From Nitrosopumilus sp. (GTDB lineage Archaea > Thermoproteota > Nitrososphaeria > Nitrososphaerales > Nitrosopumilaceae), in the NCBI GenBank assembly GCA_965238275.1, contig OZ250186.1, forward strand, positions 576,001-640,000: a stretch of DNA of 64,000 nucleotides. Reading direction: 5' to 3'. Shown here piece after piece: positions 19,074 through 29,707 of the stretch (position 1 is the stretch's first letter; the number at the start of each line of letters is the position of its first letter). A program made the translations under genes and the position numbers. The notes beneath the pieces were generated by a model. That model had not been told where the DNA came from and searched no databases. It saw only the letters and a list, made by a program, of their open reading frames with translations.

Positions 19074-19389
19074 TAACTCTAAGTTTGTTTTTTACCGTGT
19101 TTCTGGAGATATCCTGAAAGGGTTAGGCCTGTTCGGCTCCCGGCCGCAGGAACCGGCCAAGAATTTCTGCCAATCTGCCGGACAGCTGTCAGACGGAGGG
19201 TAACTTTCTGTTCAGGCATGCAGCCAGCAATGCCAGATACGCCCGGCCATCTCCAAAACCAGGCATGTTATTTGCAGAACCTGCATTCCAGGGAGCAGGG
19301 TACATGCAAGTCATGGATTTTAACAAAATTATAATACGTCCCGACACCTGTTGTAAGGAGTATGACTCTAGATGGAACCGTGACTAACC

Positions 19390-21117
19390 ATGGCTGAGGA
19401 ACTAGCGCAGGTGCCGATAGGTGAGTTTGAGGCCGCATCACATCTGCTGACTACGTCAGAATCATTGCAGATATCATTCATCATTATGATTCTTGGGGTT
19501 GCCGGGATTGCCATAGGGTACAGAAAGTTTTCGTTCTGGGTTATGTCACGAAGATTCTACTATCAAAGACCGCACATCTCAAGATTTGTAAGGAGGGCCG
19601 TCCTGCCGTTCTTTGCCATTGCGCTAATTACGGTAATCAATGCCCACATACAGGGAAACGTCCTGTCAGATGATGCAATCAGCAGCGAGGATCTACAGGC
19701 CCAGGAGATATTTGCAAAGATTCTCAACACGTTCAACATCATAGTAATCGGATACACCGTGGCGCATCTGATTCCAATCATCCTGACCAAGCGTGAAAAA
19801 TCAATCCAAGAGAAGAGTGATTTTGATGCCTGGTTTGATATGAGGGGGTTTGTAGATGATACAGAAGATCTTTTTCACAGGCTGTACAAGTGGGTTCCAC
19901 CAAAGAACAGACCCGAGGAGATCGAGGAGGAGGAGTTTAGGGAGTTACTCAAGACTGAGGAGGGGGTCAGACGCCTAGAGGGGTTTCGTACCACAAAGGG
20001 AACCCCGATCGGGGGGTATGAGAAACTAACCAAGGAGCCCTTCGAGAAATGGAAAAAGTCAGAGCGTGTAAAGTACGACAAGTACTATCAGAGCTGCATC
20101 ACAGGGGAGAACCAGTCCGGCAGGAAACTAAATCCGAGTGCAAGGCCCGAGGAGATATTTCCAATCGATACGTGGAGGGAGGAGAAGAGGACACACGGGT
20201 ATGCGCCGATCATTCCAAGCTCCCGTCCTCCGGGATACACAAGAAAAAAGAGGAACGAGATGCCCAAGTCCATAAAGCAGATCCTTCCTGTGGGAATATT
20301 TGTGGCAATAATTCTGGGGGTCATGGCATGGTGGGGAGTCGATCTGTTTGTGCTTGCCACTGCAACCGGCGGCTTTTCAATCGGTCTGGGACTGGCGCTG
20401 CAGGAGACCATGCAGAATTATTTTGCATACATTATGATCAGAAAGGACAAGATCTTTACGGAAGGAGACAGGGTACAGCTGGAGACAGGATACAACGGAT
20501 ACGTGCACAAGATTACCCCTAGGGTCACGTACATCAAGGACGCCCTGTACGAGTCAATCGCAGTCATACCAACCAGGCAGCTGGTTACTGCACAGATCAT
20601 AAACTACACCAGGGATAACAAGCTTGTTCCGGCCGTGGTAAAGGTGGGAGTGTCATATCTGAACGACCCCAAACAGGTCGCATCAATACTGACCAAGGTC
20701 GGAAAAAGGGGGATGACAGAGATCATCGATGGCAAGAAAAGGCACTTGGTAAGACAGAGCAGGTGTCCGTATCTGAACAAAAACAGGCCAAGCTGCGGCT
20801 GCGATGCAAATCTCCATGTGGATCTGACGCAGCCCGTGGTCAGGTTTGACGGTTTTAATGACTCGTCGCTTGATTTTTCAATGTGGTTGTGGGTCAGGGA
20901 TTACGGCGCACAGTTCAAGACAAAGACTGACCTGAGAATGATGATATACGAAGAGTTCAAGAGGTACGACATCAGGATTCCGTGGCCGATACGGACGATA
21001 TACCAGGGAGACGAGAACAGGGAGAATGAGGAGATTGCCAGGCACGAACAGGCCAGGAAGAAGGTGATTGACGAGTACGGTGTCGGGGATATCGGGCACG
21101 GCGGGGAGGATGAATAA
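19390..21117 (+). CDS. mscS: MscS-family mechanosensitive channel with large soluble insert
   Basis: GLGLALQETMQNYFA, GDRV, VGVSY, FNDSSLDF, IRIPWP. Confidence 0.88.
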   Translation: MAEELAQVPIGEFEAASHLLTTSESLQISFIIMILGVAGIAIGYRKFSFWVMSRRFYYQRPHISRFVRRAVLPFFAIALITVINAHIQGNVLSDDAISSEDLQAQEIFAKILNTFNIIVIGYTVAHLIPIILTKREKSIQEKSDFDAWFDMRGFVDDTEDLFHRLYKWVPPKNRPEEIEEEEFRELLKTEEGVRRLEGFRTTKGTPIGGYEKLTKEPFEKWKKSERVKYDKYYQSCITGENQSGRKLNPSARPEEIFPIDTWREEKRTHGYAPIIPSSRPPGYTRKKRNEMPKSIKQILPVGIFVAIILGVMAWWGVDLFVLATATGGFSIGLGLALQETMQNYFAYIMIRKDKIFTEGDRVQLETGYNGYVHKITPRVTYIKDALYESIAVIPTRQLVTAQIINYTRDNKLVPAVVKVGVSYLNDPKQVASILTKVGKRGMTEIIDGKKRHLVRQSRCPYLNKNRPSCGCDANLHVDLTQPVVRFDGFNDSSLDFSMWLWVRDYGAQFKTKTDLRMMIYEEFKRYDIRIPWPIRTIYQGDENRENEEIARHEQARKKVIDEYGVGDIGHGGEDE

Positions 21118-21173
21118 CATGGTCCCAGGCGTCCTTCCTCTCAAAACTTAAGAGACCCGTCAATACAAGTCAT

Positions 21174-22058
21174 TTGATGAATGCCTCAGTGATTGCAGGA
21201 GCGGCATCAGAGGGTCTGGCAGAAAGTATTGCAGAGAGGCTGGATGCAGACCTGATAAGAACCAGCACCAAGGTGTTTCCAGACGGCGAGACCAGGATAA
21301 CGCTGGACGGTACGATATCAGAGGGAATGGCAGTTGTGGTACAGTCAACACACCCGCCGGTTGATACAAACCTGATTGCAGCACTGTCGCTGATCTCAAA
21401 GGCAAGCCAAAAGTCGGACAATGTGGTTGCCGTGGTTCCGTACATGGGATATGCAAGGCAGGACAGGGAGTTTCTGCCGGGGGAGATAGTCACGATGAAG
21501 ATGCTTGGCAGGCTGTTTGAGGGTGCCGGTGCCTCAAGGATCATCACCGTTGACATTCACAGTATGGTGGGACTGGAACACCTTGGCAGGGCAGACAATG
21601 TGAGTGCAATTCCAGGTCTTGCACGGTACTTTGGCGGTTTGAAGTTAAAGGAGCCCATGGCCGTATCGCCGGACCAGGGCGGACGGGACAGGGCAGAGGA
21701 GTTTGCAGGAGTGATGGGAATTCCGTGGATGGCCCTGGAAAAGTCAAGGGACAGGAAGACAGGCAGGGTGCGGATCAACACAGGCACGGCAGAAGAGGCC
21801 AGTGGCAGGGATCTCATACTGGTTGATGACATGATAAGTACGGGTGGAAGTATGATCAAGGCAGCGCAGTTCCTAAAGAGGAACAAGTGCAGGAGAATGT
21901 TTGTTGCGTGTACGCATGCGCTCCTGATAAATGACGCATACAAGAGGATAAGGCAGGCAGGGGTGTCAAGGATTGTCAGCACAAACACCATCCCCGGAAG
22001 GACATCGGCAGTTGACGTCTCAGACGTGGTTGCAGATGCAATAGCTGCCAGGACATAG
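21174..22058 (+). CDS. prs: Ribose-phosphate pyrophosphokinase
   Basis: FPDGE, PYMGYARQDR, SPDQGG, VDDMISTGGS. Confidence 0.95.
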   Translation: MMNASVIAGAASEGLAESIAERLDADLIRTSTKVFPDGETRITLDGTISEGMAVVVQSTHPPVDTNLIAALSLISKASQKSDNVVAVVPYMGYARQDREFLPGEIVTMKMLGRLFEGAGASRIITVDIHSMVGLEHLGRADNVSAIPGLARYFGGLKLKEPMAVSPDQGGRDRAEEFAGVMGIPWMALEKSRDRKTGRVRINTGTAEEASGRDLILVDDMISTGGSMIKAAQFLKRNKCRRMFVACTHALLINDAYKRIRQAGVSRIVSTNTIPGRTSAVDVSDVVADAIAART

Positions 22059-22091
22059 GCATAAAAGCCTGAGAAGGGCAATTTTGATGAA

Positions 22092-22991
22092 ATGAGACTT
22101 GTATTCCTTGGAACATCGGCTGCTCAACCCACCAGAAGGAGGGGGCTGTCATGCCTGTGCCTGGAGAGGGAGGGGGAGATTTTGATGTTTGACGCAGGAG
22201 AGTCTGCACAGAATGCCTACATGCGGGCTGGCCTTGGATGGAACAAAAAGATGAAGGTGTTCATAACGCATATGCACGGAGACCACTGTATGGGGGTTCT
22301 GGGGCTGCTGCAGACAATGACGATGCAGAAGAGAACCACGCCTCTGGAGATATTTGGGCCCGATGGGATAGAGGAGTTTATTGCAGCAAACATCAGGATG
22401 CTGAACTTTGGTCTGTCGTTTCCGGTTATGATCGAGACTGCCAGGGAGGGAAAGGTTCTTGACGGTTCGGGGTATGTCATCAGGGCGTGCAGGGCAAAGC
22501 ATTCCGTTGTCGCCTTCTCGTACCTGTTTGAGGAAAAAGACAGGCCGGGCAGGTTTAATGTGGCAGAGGCCAAAAAGTTGAAGATACCGGAGGGGCCGCT
22601 TTGGGGAAGGCTGCAGGACGGCAACGAGATTACAGTGGACGGACAGGTGATAAGGCCAGAACAGGTGCTTGGGAAGAACCGACCGGGCGCAAGGATAGGG
22701 ATCTCAGGGGATACGAGGCCCACGCAGGAGTTGGAGAGGTTCTTTGAGGGGTGCGACTATCTGGTGTTTGATTCGACGTTCCTGGATGAACATAGGGAAC
22801 GGGCGCATGAGACATCGCATTCCACCGCGGGGGAGGTAGCGATGCTGGGAAGGAATGCGGGGGTAAAGAACCTGGTGCTGACGCACTTTTCTGCAAGATA
22901 CAAAGACGAGTCAGGGCATCTGGCAGAGGCGTCCAAGATTCATGGTTCGGTGATAGCCGCAAGGGATCTTCTGGAGATTGAGATCAGATGA
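22092..22991 (+). CDS. rnz: Ribonuclease Z
   Basis: [27 protein letters not shown] exosite, [12 protein letters not shown]. Confidence 0.95.
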   Translation: MRLVFLGTSAAQPTRRRGLSCLCLEREGEILMFDAGESAQNAYMRAGLGWNKKMKVFITHMHGDHCMGVLGLLQTMTMQKRTTPLEIFGPDGIEEFIAANIRMLNFGLSFPVMIETAREGKVLDGSGYVIRACRAKHSVVAFSYLFEEKDRPGRFNVAEAKKLKIPEGPLWGRLQDGNEITVDGQVIRPEQVLGKNRPGARIGISGDTRPTQELERFFEGCDYLVFDSTFLDEHRERAHETSHSTAGEVAMLGRNAGVKNLVLTHFSARYKDESGHLAEASKIHGSVIAARDLLEIEIR

Positions 22992-23707
22992 GTTTTGAGG
23001 GAATGCAGGACAGGATCCGGTCGGCCAGGAGAATAGTGTTTGTGACAGGCGCCGGGGTCTCGCAGGAGAGCGGCATCCCGACATTCAGGGGAAAGGACGG
23101 GTTGTGGAGGAGATACGATGTCATGAAGCTTGCAACGATTGATGCATTTTATGAGGATCCCGTGCTGGTATGGGAGTGGTACAATGAGAGAAGGGAGGGG
23201 ATTCTTGCCGCAGAGCCAAACCCTGGACATGCAGCCATTGCCGAGTTGGAGAGGTATGTCGATGTACGTGTCCTTACACAGAACATAGATGGGCTGCACC
23301 AGAGGGCCGGAAGCTCGCACGTGTCGGAGCTGCACGGGAGCATTGTAAGGGTCAGGTGTGTCTCATGCGGTAAAGGCGGGGAGAGGACAGACGAGTTTAC
23401 CAAGGTTCCCCCAATGTGCGGCTGCGGCTGCATGCTCCGGCCAGATGTGGTGTGGTTTGGAGAACCGCTGCCGCAGGACGTATGGGGGGAGGCTATCATC
23501 CAGGCAGGCAGGTGCGATGTAATGGTGGTTGCAGGCACGTCCCTTGAGGTATCCCCGGCAAACACGCTACCATACCATGCACGGCAGGGCGGCGCTGCCA
23601 TAATAGAGGTGAATCCGGTAGAGACTTGCATGTCATCATACATGGATCACATCGCAAGGGGGACGTGCGCCGGCATCCTTCCGGGGATGGTATCGCTGTT
23701 CAGATAA
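22988..23707 (+). CDS. cobB: Sir2-family NAD-dependent protein deacylase
   Basis: [39 protein letters not shown]. Confidence 0.93.
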   Translation: MSFEGMQDRIRSARRIVFVTGAGVSQESGIPTFRGKDGLWRRYDVMKLATIDAFYEDPVLVWEWYNERREGILAAEPNPGHAAIAELERYVDVRVLTQNIDGLHQRAGSSHVSELHGSIVRVRCVSCGKGGERTDEFTKVPPMCGCGCMLRPDVVWFGEPLPQDVWGEAIIQAGRCDVMVVAGTSLEVSPANTLPYHARQGGAAIIEVNPVETCMSSYMDHIARGTCAGILPGMVSLFR

Positions 23708-23769
23708 GGTCAGGGCAGCATATACGTCAGGGAGGAAATATTCGTAAATAATACGGCATAAAATCATAA

Positions 23770-24153
23770 TTATGGCGAGGTGTTCTCGAATTCACCACCG
23801 GTATGGTTCTGCGGTCTCTGGATGACATCCTCGATGAACTTGAGCGGATTGATGTTTGAGAGCACGTCAGCAGCCGTGTCCTTTGAGGACTCGCCCACTT
23901 CATGCAGTGTGCCGGAGACCTGCTGGCCGGTGTTGTTGATTCCCTCGGTTATGGCGCTGCCTGCCATGTCAAGGGAGTCATCTAGTCGCTCCTGCAGGGA
24001 GTTGGCCGTTCTGTCGCCGAGGCTGTTTATGTCGTCTGTCAGGGCATCATTTACGACGGTGGTGGTGGAAGGGAAGATGTTGCCGATCTCGTTGTAGAAT
24101 ATCAGGCCGCCCAGTATTACAATACCTGCAATTATGCCCAGTTTTATCAGCAT
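23770..24153 (-). CDS. Hypothetical protein with N-terminal TM anchor
   Basis: MLIKLGIIAGIVILGGLIF followed by an amphipathic helical region. Confidence 0.65.
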   Translation of the reverse strand: MLIKLGIIAGIVILGGLIFYNEIGNIFPSTTTVVNDALTDDINSLGDRTANSLQERLDDSLDMAGSAITEGINNTGQQVSGTLHEVGESSKDTAADVLSNINPLKFIEDVIQRPQNHTGGEFENTSP

Positions 24154-24223
24154 CGAAAGAATTTCATGAATTAACGATTTTACAGTAAAACTAAAAAAAA
24201 TACTCAGAGATGATTGAATTTTA

Positions 24224-24628
24224 TTAACCATCCATACCAGAGACCATCCAGGCTGTAACCCTGCCAATGTCCCGGGATGTTATGGTTACAGTGATTGGCC
24301 CCAAGGGGGACTCTGAGGCGCTCTCACAGATTGCGACCTTGCCGGCAAGGGCCGCCTGCCTGTTGAGGTAGAACCAAGTGGAGTTATCCTGCGTGTTCCC
24401 CAAAAGACATCGCCTGTATGTACCCTGCGACTGTCCCGCCTGAATCGTCTTGCAGATCTGTTCAAGGGACTGCAGGTTGACAGACTCTGCGTTGATGCAG
24501 GATGTATCAAGCTGCGTTGTAGAGTATGGGAATATTCCGGATACTGCCTGCCTGACCTTTTGGGGATCCTCAGACGGGTTTATCCTGGCAGACATCCGTA
24601 CCCGGCAATCCAGAACGGGGGTCTTCAT
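24224..24628 (-). CDS. UPF0201/DUF54 RNA-binding-like protein
   Basis: INPSEDPQKV, FYLNRQAALAG, SPLGPI. Confidence 0.82.
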   Translation of the reverse strand: MKTPVLDCRVRMSARINPSEDPQKVRQAVSGIFPYSTTQLDTSCINAESVNLQSLEQICKTIQAGQSQGTYRRCLLGNTQDNSTWFYLNRQAALAGKVAICESASESPLGPITVTITSRDIGRVTAWMVSGMDG

Positions 24629-25170
24629 GTCCAGCCCCGGATGACCCGGAGGGCGTCTGCAATCAATGCCTCCTTTGACACGCCTATGTTTGACAGGGTA
24701 TAGTCAGAGAGTACGATGGAGTTGCTGATGCCCACGTTGAGTTCGCGGCCGTCCCGCTCGTCAAAGTGCTGCCTTGTCTGGGGATCGTCTGATCTTGCCC
24801 TCTTTTGCAGAAAACCAAACCGGACATCCGTTGAGGCGTGTACTGCCAGCAGCCTTACTTTGCCAAACCTCTGGAGTACGGCCACCTCGTCGTTGGATCT
24901 TACCCCGTCAACCAGTACGACATCAGATGCAGACGACTCGATCTTGGGCCTTATCAGTTCGGCTACGGCGCCCGGGCCGCCGTCCTCCCTGAGTTCAAGC
25001 ATGAGTCTTCCAAGGCTTGTCCGGGTAGGCTCAAGACCGCGCCGGGCCGCCTCGTCCCTTACGGCATCGCCCATGCTCAGTGCCTCATACCCCTCCGTCT
25101 TCAACCCGTCTACGATGGTGGTCTTTCCGGCACCGGGCATCCCAGTCAGACATACGATCAGTTTTGGCAA
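24625..25170 (-). CDS. P-loop kinase (UPF0200, dephospho-CoA kinase-like)
   Basis: TGMPGAGKT, SMGDAVR, VDGVRS, RSDD. Confidence 0.85.
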   Translation of the reverse strand: MPKLIVCLTGMPGAGKTTIVDGLKTEGYEALSMGDAVRDEAARRGLEPTRTSLGRLMLELREDGGPGAVAELIRPKIESSASDVVLVDGVRSNDEVAVLQRFGKVRLLAVHASTDVRFGFLQKRARSDDPQTRQHFDERDGRELNVGISNSIVLSDYTLSNIGVSKEALIADALRVIRGWT

Positions 25171-25245
25171 TGTGTGGGATTGGTGGAGCCGGTATATGGG
25201 AGTTGGGAGATATCATTATAGCAAGTCCCTCCCGGAGGTGAAGTT

Positions 25246-25785
25246 GTGAGAACCTTCGTGGCAGTCCAGATATCAGACGCAGGCATAATTGACTGGATAG
25301 GAAGAATCCAGTCGGGGATTGGTGCAGGCCACAGGCATGTAAGGCCGGAGAATCTTCATTTTACGCTACAGTTTCTAGGAGAGATCCCAGAGGATGTCCT
25401 TGGGAAAGCAGTCAGGGCCGTTGAGGGCATCAGGTTTTCAGGGTTTGATGTGTCGCTAAGGGGGATCGGCGCGTTTCCCAGTGCAAGACGCCCAAGGGCA
25501 GTATGGGTGGGCACTGACAGTGCAGGAGGCGACATGCTAGTCGGGCTGTCAGGGAAGGTGCGAGAAGCACTTGAACCGTTGGGACTGTCTCCGGACAAAC
25601 CGTTCAGGCCGCACCTGACAATATTTAGAATTAAAAAGAAGACAGACAATATGACAGAGGAGATGAAGGGGTATGATGGAATGTGTCTTGGGACACAGAG
25701 GATAGAGAGCATCAGGCTCAAGAAGAGCGTGCTGGGACCGGACGGTCCGGCTTATTCGGATCTGGCAGTAGTGGGTGCCGTATGA
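25246..25785 (+). CDS. thpR: RNA 2',3'-cyclic phosphodiesterase (2H family)
   Basis: Two HxT motifs (HFTLQFLG, HLTIFR); GIGAFP. Confidence 0.92.
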   Translation: MRTFVAVQISDAGIIDWIGRIQSGIGAGHRHVRPENLHFTLQFLGEIPEDVLGKAVRAVEGIRFSGFDVSLRGIGAFPSARRPRAVWVGTDSAGGDMLVGLSGKVREALEPLGLSPDKPFRPHLTIFRIKKKTDNMTEEMKGYDGMCLGTQRIESIRLKKSVLGPDGPAYSDLAVVGAV

Positions 25786-27110
25786 AGGAGATCATCTCGG
25801 AGGTTGCCAAAAGATCCGTTCCCTCAGAGGAGGATAGCCAGGAGATGGATAGTATTGCAGACAGGGTGCTTGCCAAGGTGCAAAAGGCGATCGAGGGGTT
25901 TCCAGATATTGTCGGACTGGAGTTTGGCGGGTCGTTTGCAAAGGGGACGTGGCTGCCATCGGATGCGGATGTGGATATATTCATCAGATTCAAGGAGTCC
26001 GTTACGGACAGCGAGTTTGAACGAATCTCAAAGGCGGTGGGCTTTGAGGCCCTGAAGGATTATTTCCCGTATGTCAGATACTCTGAGCATCCGTATGTGG
26101 AGGCCAGGGTTGGTGAGACAAAGATCAATGTGGTACCATGCTATGACGTAGAGGCAGGCAGGTGGAGGAGTGCTGCAGACAGATCCACGTTCCATACCAA
26201 GTTCATGAAGGATGCGCTGAGTGCGGAGATGAGAAACGAGGTCAGGATTCTAAAGATGTTTCTAAAGGCAAACAGGATTTATGGTGCGGAGATAGCCAGG
26301 CAGGGCCTGAGCGGGTACCTGACGGAGGTCTTGGTGCTGGAGTTTGGCAGCTTTGAGGGCGTGGTAAGAGCCGTTTCGGAGATTGAGGAGGGGCAGGTTA
26401 TTGGAAAGGCGTCAAGGAGTTTTGACAGTCCGGTAGTGATAGTGGATCCGATTGACGGGGACAGGAATCTGGCTGCGGCAATCTCCGGTGAGAATCTTGG
26501 AAGGCTGGTGATGGCGTGCAGGGCCTTCATGGAGAGACCCTCGCGGGGATTCTTTGAAAGCAGGATGCCGGCGGCATCAGAGGAGTACTGGAAGAACATA
26601 CTGGTGGTAGGATTTGAGGCCGAGGCAAGGGGTTCGGACATACTGTGGGGACAGATAAAGAGGGCCGCATCCTCGCTGTCAACGCAGCTGGGACAGGGTG
26701 GGTTCAGGGTGCTGAGAAGCAAGGCCCATACCGATGGGCAGGGAGAGGCGCATCTCTTCTTTTTGCTAGAGTCGCCAAGTATTCCGCAGGTGTATGCAAA
26801 GGAGGGGCCGGAGTTTTTCAGAAGGGATGGTTCGGACAGATTCATCCAAAAACACCTCAAGGGTTCGGAGTTTGTGTGGATTGGGGACGGAAGGATCAAT
26901 GCGCTCAAGACAAGAAGTCATACGGAGGCAGAGGCATTCATGAGGGATCTGCTGGAGAACAGTCTCAAGACCTGTGTGCCGCAGGGTCTTCAGAGGGATT
27001 TCAGTCGCGGCTTCCGGATCAGTATGGGTGATAAGGACATGGACAAATCAATTAAAGAGGCCGCAGGGGAGTTGATCGCGACTGATGATGCACTCCTTTA
27101 TTTCAATTGA
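25782..27110 (+). CDS. cca: Archaeal class I CCA-adding enzyme
   Basis: GGSFAKGTW..DVDIF, YSEHPY, SAADRSTFHT, DPIDGDRNLAAA; ATGA overlap with thpR. Confidence 0.95.
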   Translation: MKEIISEVAKRSVPSEEDSQEMDSIADRVLAKVQKAIEGFPDIVGLEFGGSFAKGTWLPSDADVDIFIRFKESVTDSEFERISKAVGFEALKDYFPYVRYSEHPYVEARVGETKINVVPCYDVEAGRWRSAADRSTFHTKFMKDALSAEMRNEVRILKMFLKANRIYGAEIARQGLSGYLTEVLVLEFGSFEGVVRAVSEIEEGQVIGKASRSFDSPVVIVDPIDGDRNLAAAISGENLGRLVMACRAFMERPSRGFFESRMPAASEEYWKNILVVGFEAEARGSDILWGQIKRAASSLSTQLGQGGFRVLRSKAHTDGQGEAHLFFLLESPSIPQVYAKEGPEFFRRDGSDRFIQKHLKGSEFVWIGDGRINALKTRSHTEAEAFMRDLLENSLKTCVPQGLQRDFSRGFRISMGDKDMDKSIKEAAGELIATDDALLYFN

Positions 27111-27846
27111 AAAATTTGCAGACAAGCCCTACTCGGGTATTCTGGGGTATCCGAGGGCCACCAGACGCCAGCTGAATGCAAGGATCAGGGAGCTTGAAGG
27201 GCTTCAGGTAGGTACAATCGCACTGTCAGGTCCCACCATGCTTGGAAAGCTTGCGGTTCTGGGGAAGGGATATGCAGGGGTGGTGGTACTTGCAAGAAGG
27301 GACGGGCTGCAGGTGGCCCTAAAGATCAGAAGGACTGATTCCCAGAGAAGCAGCATGAAGGACGAGGCCGTACTGCTGGGACTGGCAAACTCCATAGGCG
27401 TCGGGCCGGAGAGGCTGGCTGCAAGCAGAAACTTTTTGATCATGGAGTTTGTCGAGGGGGTTATGATAGGCCAGTGGGTGGGCTCGCTGAAGGGTGCAGG
27501 TAGCGTGAAGAGGCTCAAGGGGACAATCAGGAAGATTCTGGAGGAATGCTACAGGTTGGATAGGATAGGAGTTGACCACGGCGAGCTGAGCAACATTACC
27601 AAGCATGTCATAGTAGGAGAGGCAGGACCGGTTCTGATTGATTTTGAGAGTTCAAGCACCGGCAGGAGGCCGTCAAATGTCACATCCATAACCCAGGCAA
27701 TCTACATCGGCTCTGGAATTGCAAAGAAGGTGCAGAGGATCTATAGAAGCCCGTCCAAGGAGGAGATTATCACAGCGCTAAGGAAGTACAAGCGTGAAGG
27801 AACGCAGGAGAGTTTTGACGGACTCCTCAGAGTGTTGAAACTGTAG
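27085..27846 (+). CDS. Atypical Ser/Thr protein kinase (RIO-like)
   Basis: LGKGYAGVV, VALK, DHGELS, IDFES. Confidence 0.85.
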   Translation: MMHSFISIEKFADKPYSGILGYPRATRRQLNARIRELEGLQVGTIALSGPTMLGKLAVLGKGYAGVVVLARRDGLQVALKIRRTDSQRSSMKDEAVLLGLANSIGVGPERLAASRNFLIMEFVEGVMIGQWVGSLKGAGSVKRLKGTIRKILEECYRLDRIGVDHGELSNITKHVIVGEAGPVLIDFESSSTGRRPSNVTSITQAIYIGSGIAKKVQRIYRSPSKEEIITALRKYKREGTQESFDGLLRVLKL

Positions 27847-28000
27847 TGCCGGGTCTGGCGCAGACAGGATCTTTGCCGGCGTGATTCTTGAAAGTACGGG
27901 ATCGCCTGATTCCTGCGTTGTCGCCATTGGGTAGATGTTCAATCCACACATGGAAACAAGATCCAAACAAGCTGCCAGGGTGGGAAGATGTCAGGTTGCA

Positions 28001-28077
28001 TGGTGGGATCGGCAGGATTTGAACCTGCGACCACTAGTCCCCCAGACTAGTATCATACCAAGCTAGACGACGATCCC
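28001..28077 (-). tRNA. tRNA-Pro(GGG), intronless, CCA encoded
   Basis: GGGATCG acceptor stem; anticodon arm CTAGT-CTGGGGG-ACTAG; T arm GCAGG-TTCAAAT-CCTGC; 3' ACCA. Confidence 0.96.
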
Positions 28078-28130
28078 TGTATGGGGGCAGTAGGTGAAAT
28101 TATTAAATCGTCGTATTGTATACAGAACAC

Positions 28131-28337
28131 ATGAAGATCTGCAGTATCTGCAACAAGGTGTCTGCCACCGATGAGGACCACACAGACTGCATCCAGATGA
28201 GGAGGGTCGAGCTGGAAGATGATGACTTCAAGGACAGTATTCCAGAAAGGATGGACGTGACCGGTAACCCGCAGGATCTGGGCGTCGAGATCAGGGCTGT
28301 TCTGGAGCACCTTGCAAGAGAAAAGACAGAAGACTAG
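28131..28337 (+). CDS. Small hypothetical zinc-binding protein
   Basis: MKICSIC..HTDC. Confidence 0.6.
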   Translation: MKICSICNKVSATDEDHTDCIQMRRVELEDDDFKDSIPERMDVTGNPQDLGVEIRAVLEHLAREKTED

Positions 28338-29074
28338 CGTTCCTGTGTTGTGGGCCTTATCAGAATCTCGTTTACATTGACGTAAGGGGGAGCACTTACC
28401 GCATACAGAATCGCCTCTGCTATGTCCTTGGCGCGCAGCGACTGCATCTTCTTTGCCTTCTCTACAAATCCGTGCAGGGACTCGTCAGTAATGGTGTCGT
28501 TGAGCTCCGTATCCACAACGCCTGGCTCGATGCTGGTAACCCGGATGCCCAGGCGCGTGCTGAACTCCTGCCTCAGTCCCTCGCTTAAGGCGGTAACTGC
28601 GTGCTTTGTGGCACAGTAGACGCTTCCGGATGGAAAGACTATCCTGCCTGCCACCGAGGAGAGGTTTACAATGTGTCCGGACTTTTTCTCCTTCATGTGG
28701 GAGATTACTGCAGCAGTGCAGTACAGCACGCCCTTGATGTTTACATCAATCATCTGATCCCATTCATCCACCTTGAGGCTCTTGAAGAAGCTCAGTGGCA
28801 TCAGCCCTGCATTGTTTACAAGTATGTCAATGGAGCCCCATCTCTCCAGAACCGCCCTGGCAAAGTCCTCACACTCGGATCTTTTTGTCACATCCAGTTT
28901 TTGATAGAATGCTTGGCCGCCGCCAGCAGAGATCTTTTCTGCAAGGTCTGCCAGCCTGTCAACCCTTCTGGCACCTATGGCAACCTTGGCACCTGCCTCA
29001 GACAGTGCAAGGGCAGTCGCGAGTCCTATGCCACTGCTTGCACCTGTCACTATTGCGACCTTGTCTTTAATCAT
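28334..29074 (-). CDS. Short-chain dehydrogenase/reductase
   Basis: TGASSGIG, NNAG, YCATK. Confidence 0.93.
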   Translation of the reverse strand: MIKDKVAIVTGASSGIGLATALALSEAGAKVAIGARRVDRLADLAEKISAGGGQAFYQKLDVTKRSECEDFARAVLERWGSIDILVNNAGLMPLSFFKSLKVDEWDQMIDVNIKGVLYCTAAVISHMKEKKSGHIVNLSSVAGRIVFPSGSVYCATKHAVTALSEGLRQEFSTRLGIRVTSIEPGVVDTELNDTITDESLHGFVEKAKKMQSLRAKDIAEAILYAVSAPPYVNVNEILIRPTTQER

Positions 29075-29168
29075 CTAGATTCACAGTTTCCAGACATCGT
29101 AAAAATGTTTATACGCCAGATCCGCAGGCCACTGGTAACTTTATTAGAAGAAAAGAACAACATGTCAC

Positions 29169-29390
29169 GTGAAGGCTGAAAAATGTGCCTATTGCGGCGA
29201 TATGACGGACATGCCGTTCCATTGTAACTACTGTAAGGATCCGTTTTGTGCAGAACATCGACTCCCAGAAGAGCACAGGTGTGTCAAGCTCAGCCAGATC
29301 AGGGCAAACCGGTTTGGAGAGAAGAAGGTCATTCGGGACGGCGGACCAAACAAACCAAGTATCTTCAAGCGTATGTTTGGACGATCCTAG
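29169..29390 (+). CDS. AN1-type zinc finger protein
   Basis: CAYC..CNYC..FCAEHRLPEEHRC. Confidence 0.9.
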   Translation: MKAEKCAYCGDMTDMPFHCNYCKDPFCAEHRLPEEHRCVKLSQIRANRFGEKKVIRDGGPNKPSIFKRMFGRS

Positions 29391-29392
29391 AC

Positions 29393-29677
29393 TCAGTACG
29401 GAGTCTTGTCAGGAGATATCTTTGCCCTCTTGCCCTGGTATAGCAGTGCCACGGCAAGTGCAAACAGTACAAGGGCCGTAAGCGGAAAATTCTGTGGCTC
29501 CGGCAGGATGAACCAGTAGTATACGCCGAACCCTATTGAGACTGCCGCCTGGGTCCACAGCTTTGCCCACTTGGGTGCCCTTACCAGCCTGCTGGCACCC
29601 TCGACTATGAATATCCCAATCACCGGGTAGATGGTATAGAACAAAAAGTCAACAACGTCAACTCCTGTATGGGACAT
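29393..29677 (-). CDS. Hypothetical membrane protein
   Basis: Three hydrophobic segments in 94 aa. Confidence 0.7.
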   Translation of the reverse strand: MSHTGVDVVDFLFYTIYPVIGIFIVEGASRLVRAPKWAKLWTQAAVSIGFGVYYWFILPEPQNFPLTALVLFALAVALLYQGKRAKISPDKTPY

Positions 29678-29707
29678 ACCATGTCAAGAGCAGGGCATAA
29701 TTTCTAT

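Noticed and set aside
27847-28077. tRNA-Pro as an integration site for an island
   Set aside because: No integrase or duplicated tRNA 3' end seen; the flanks are housekeeping genes
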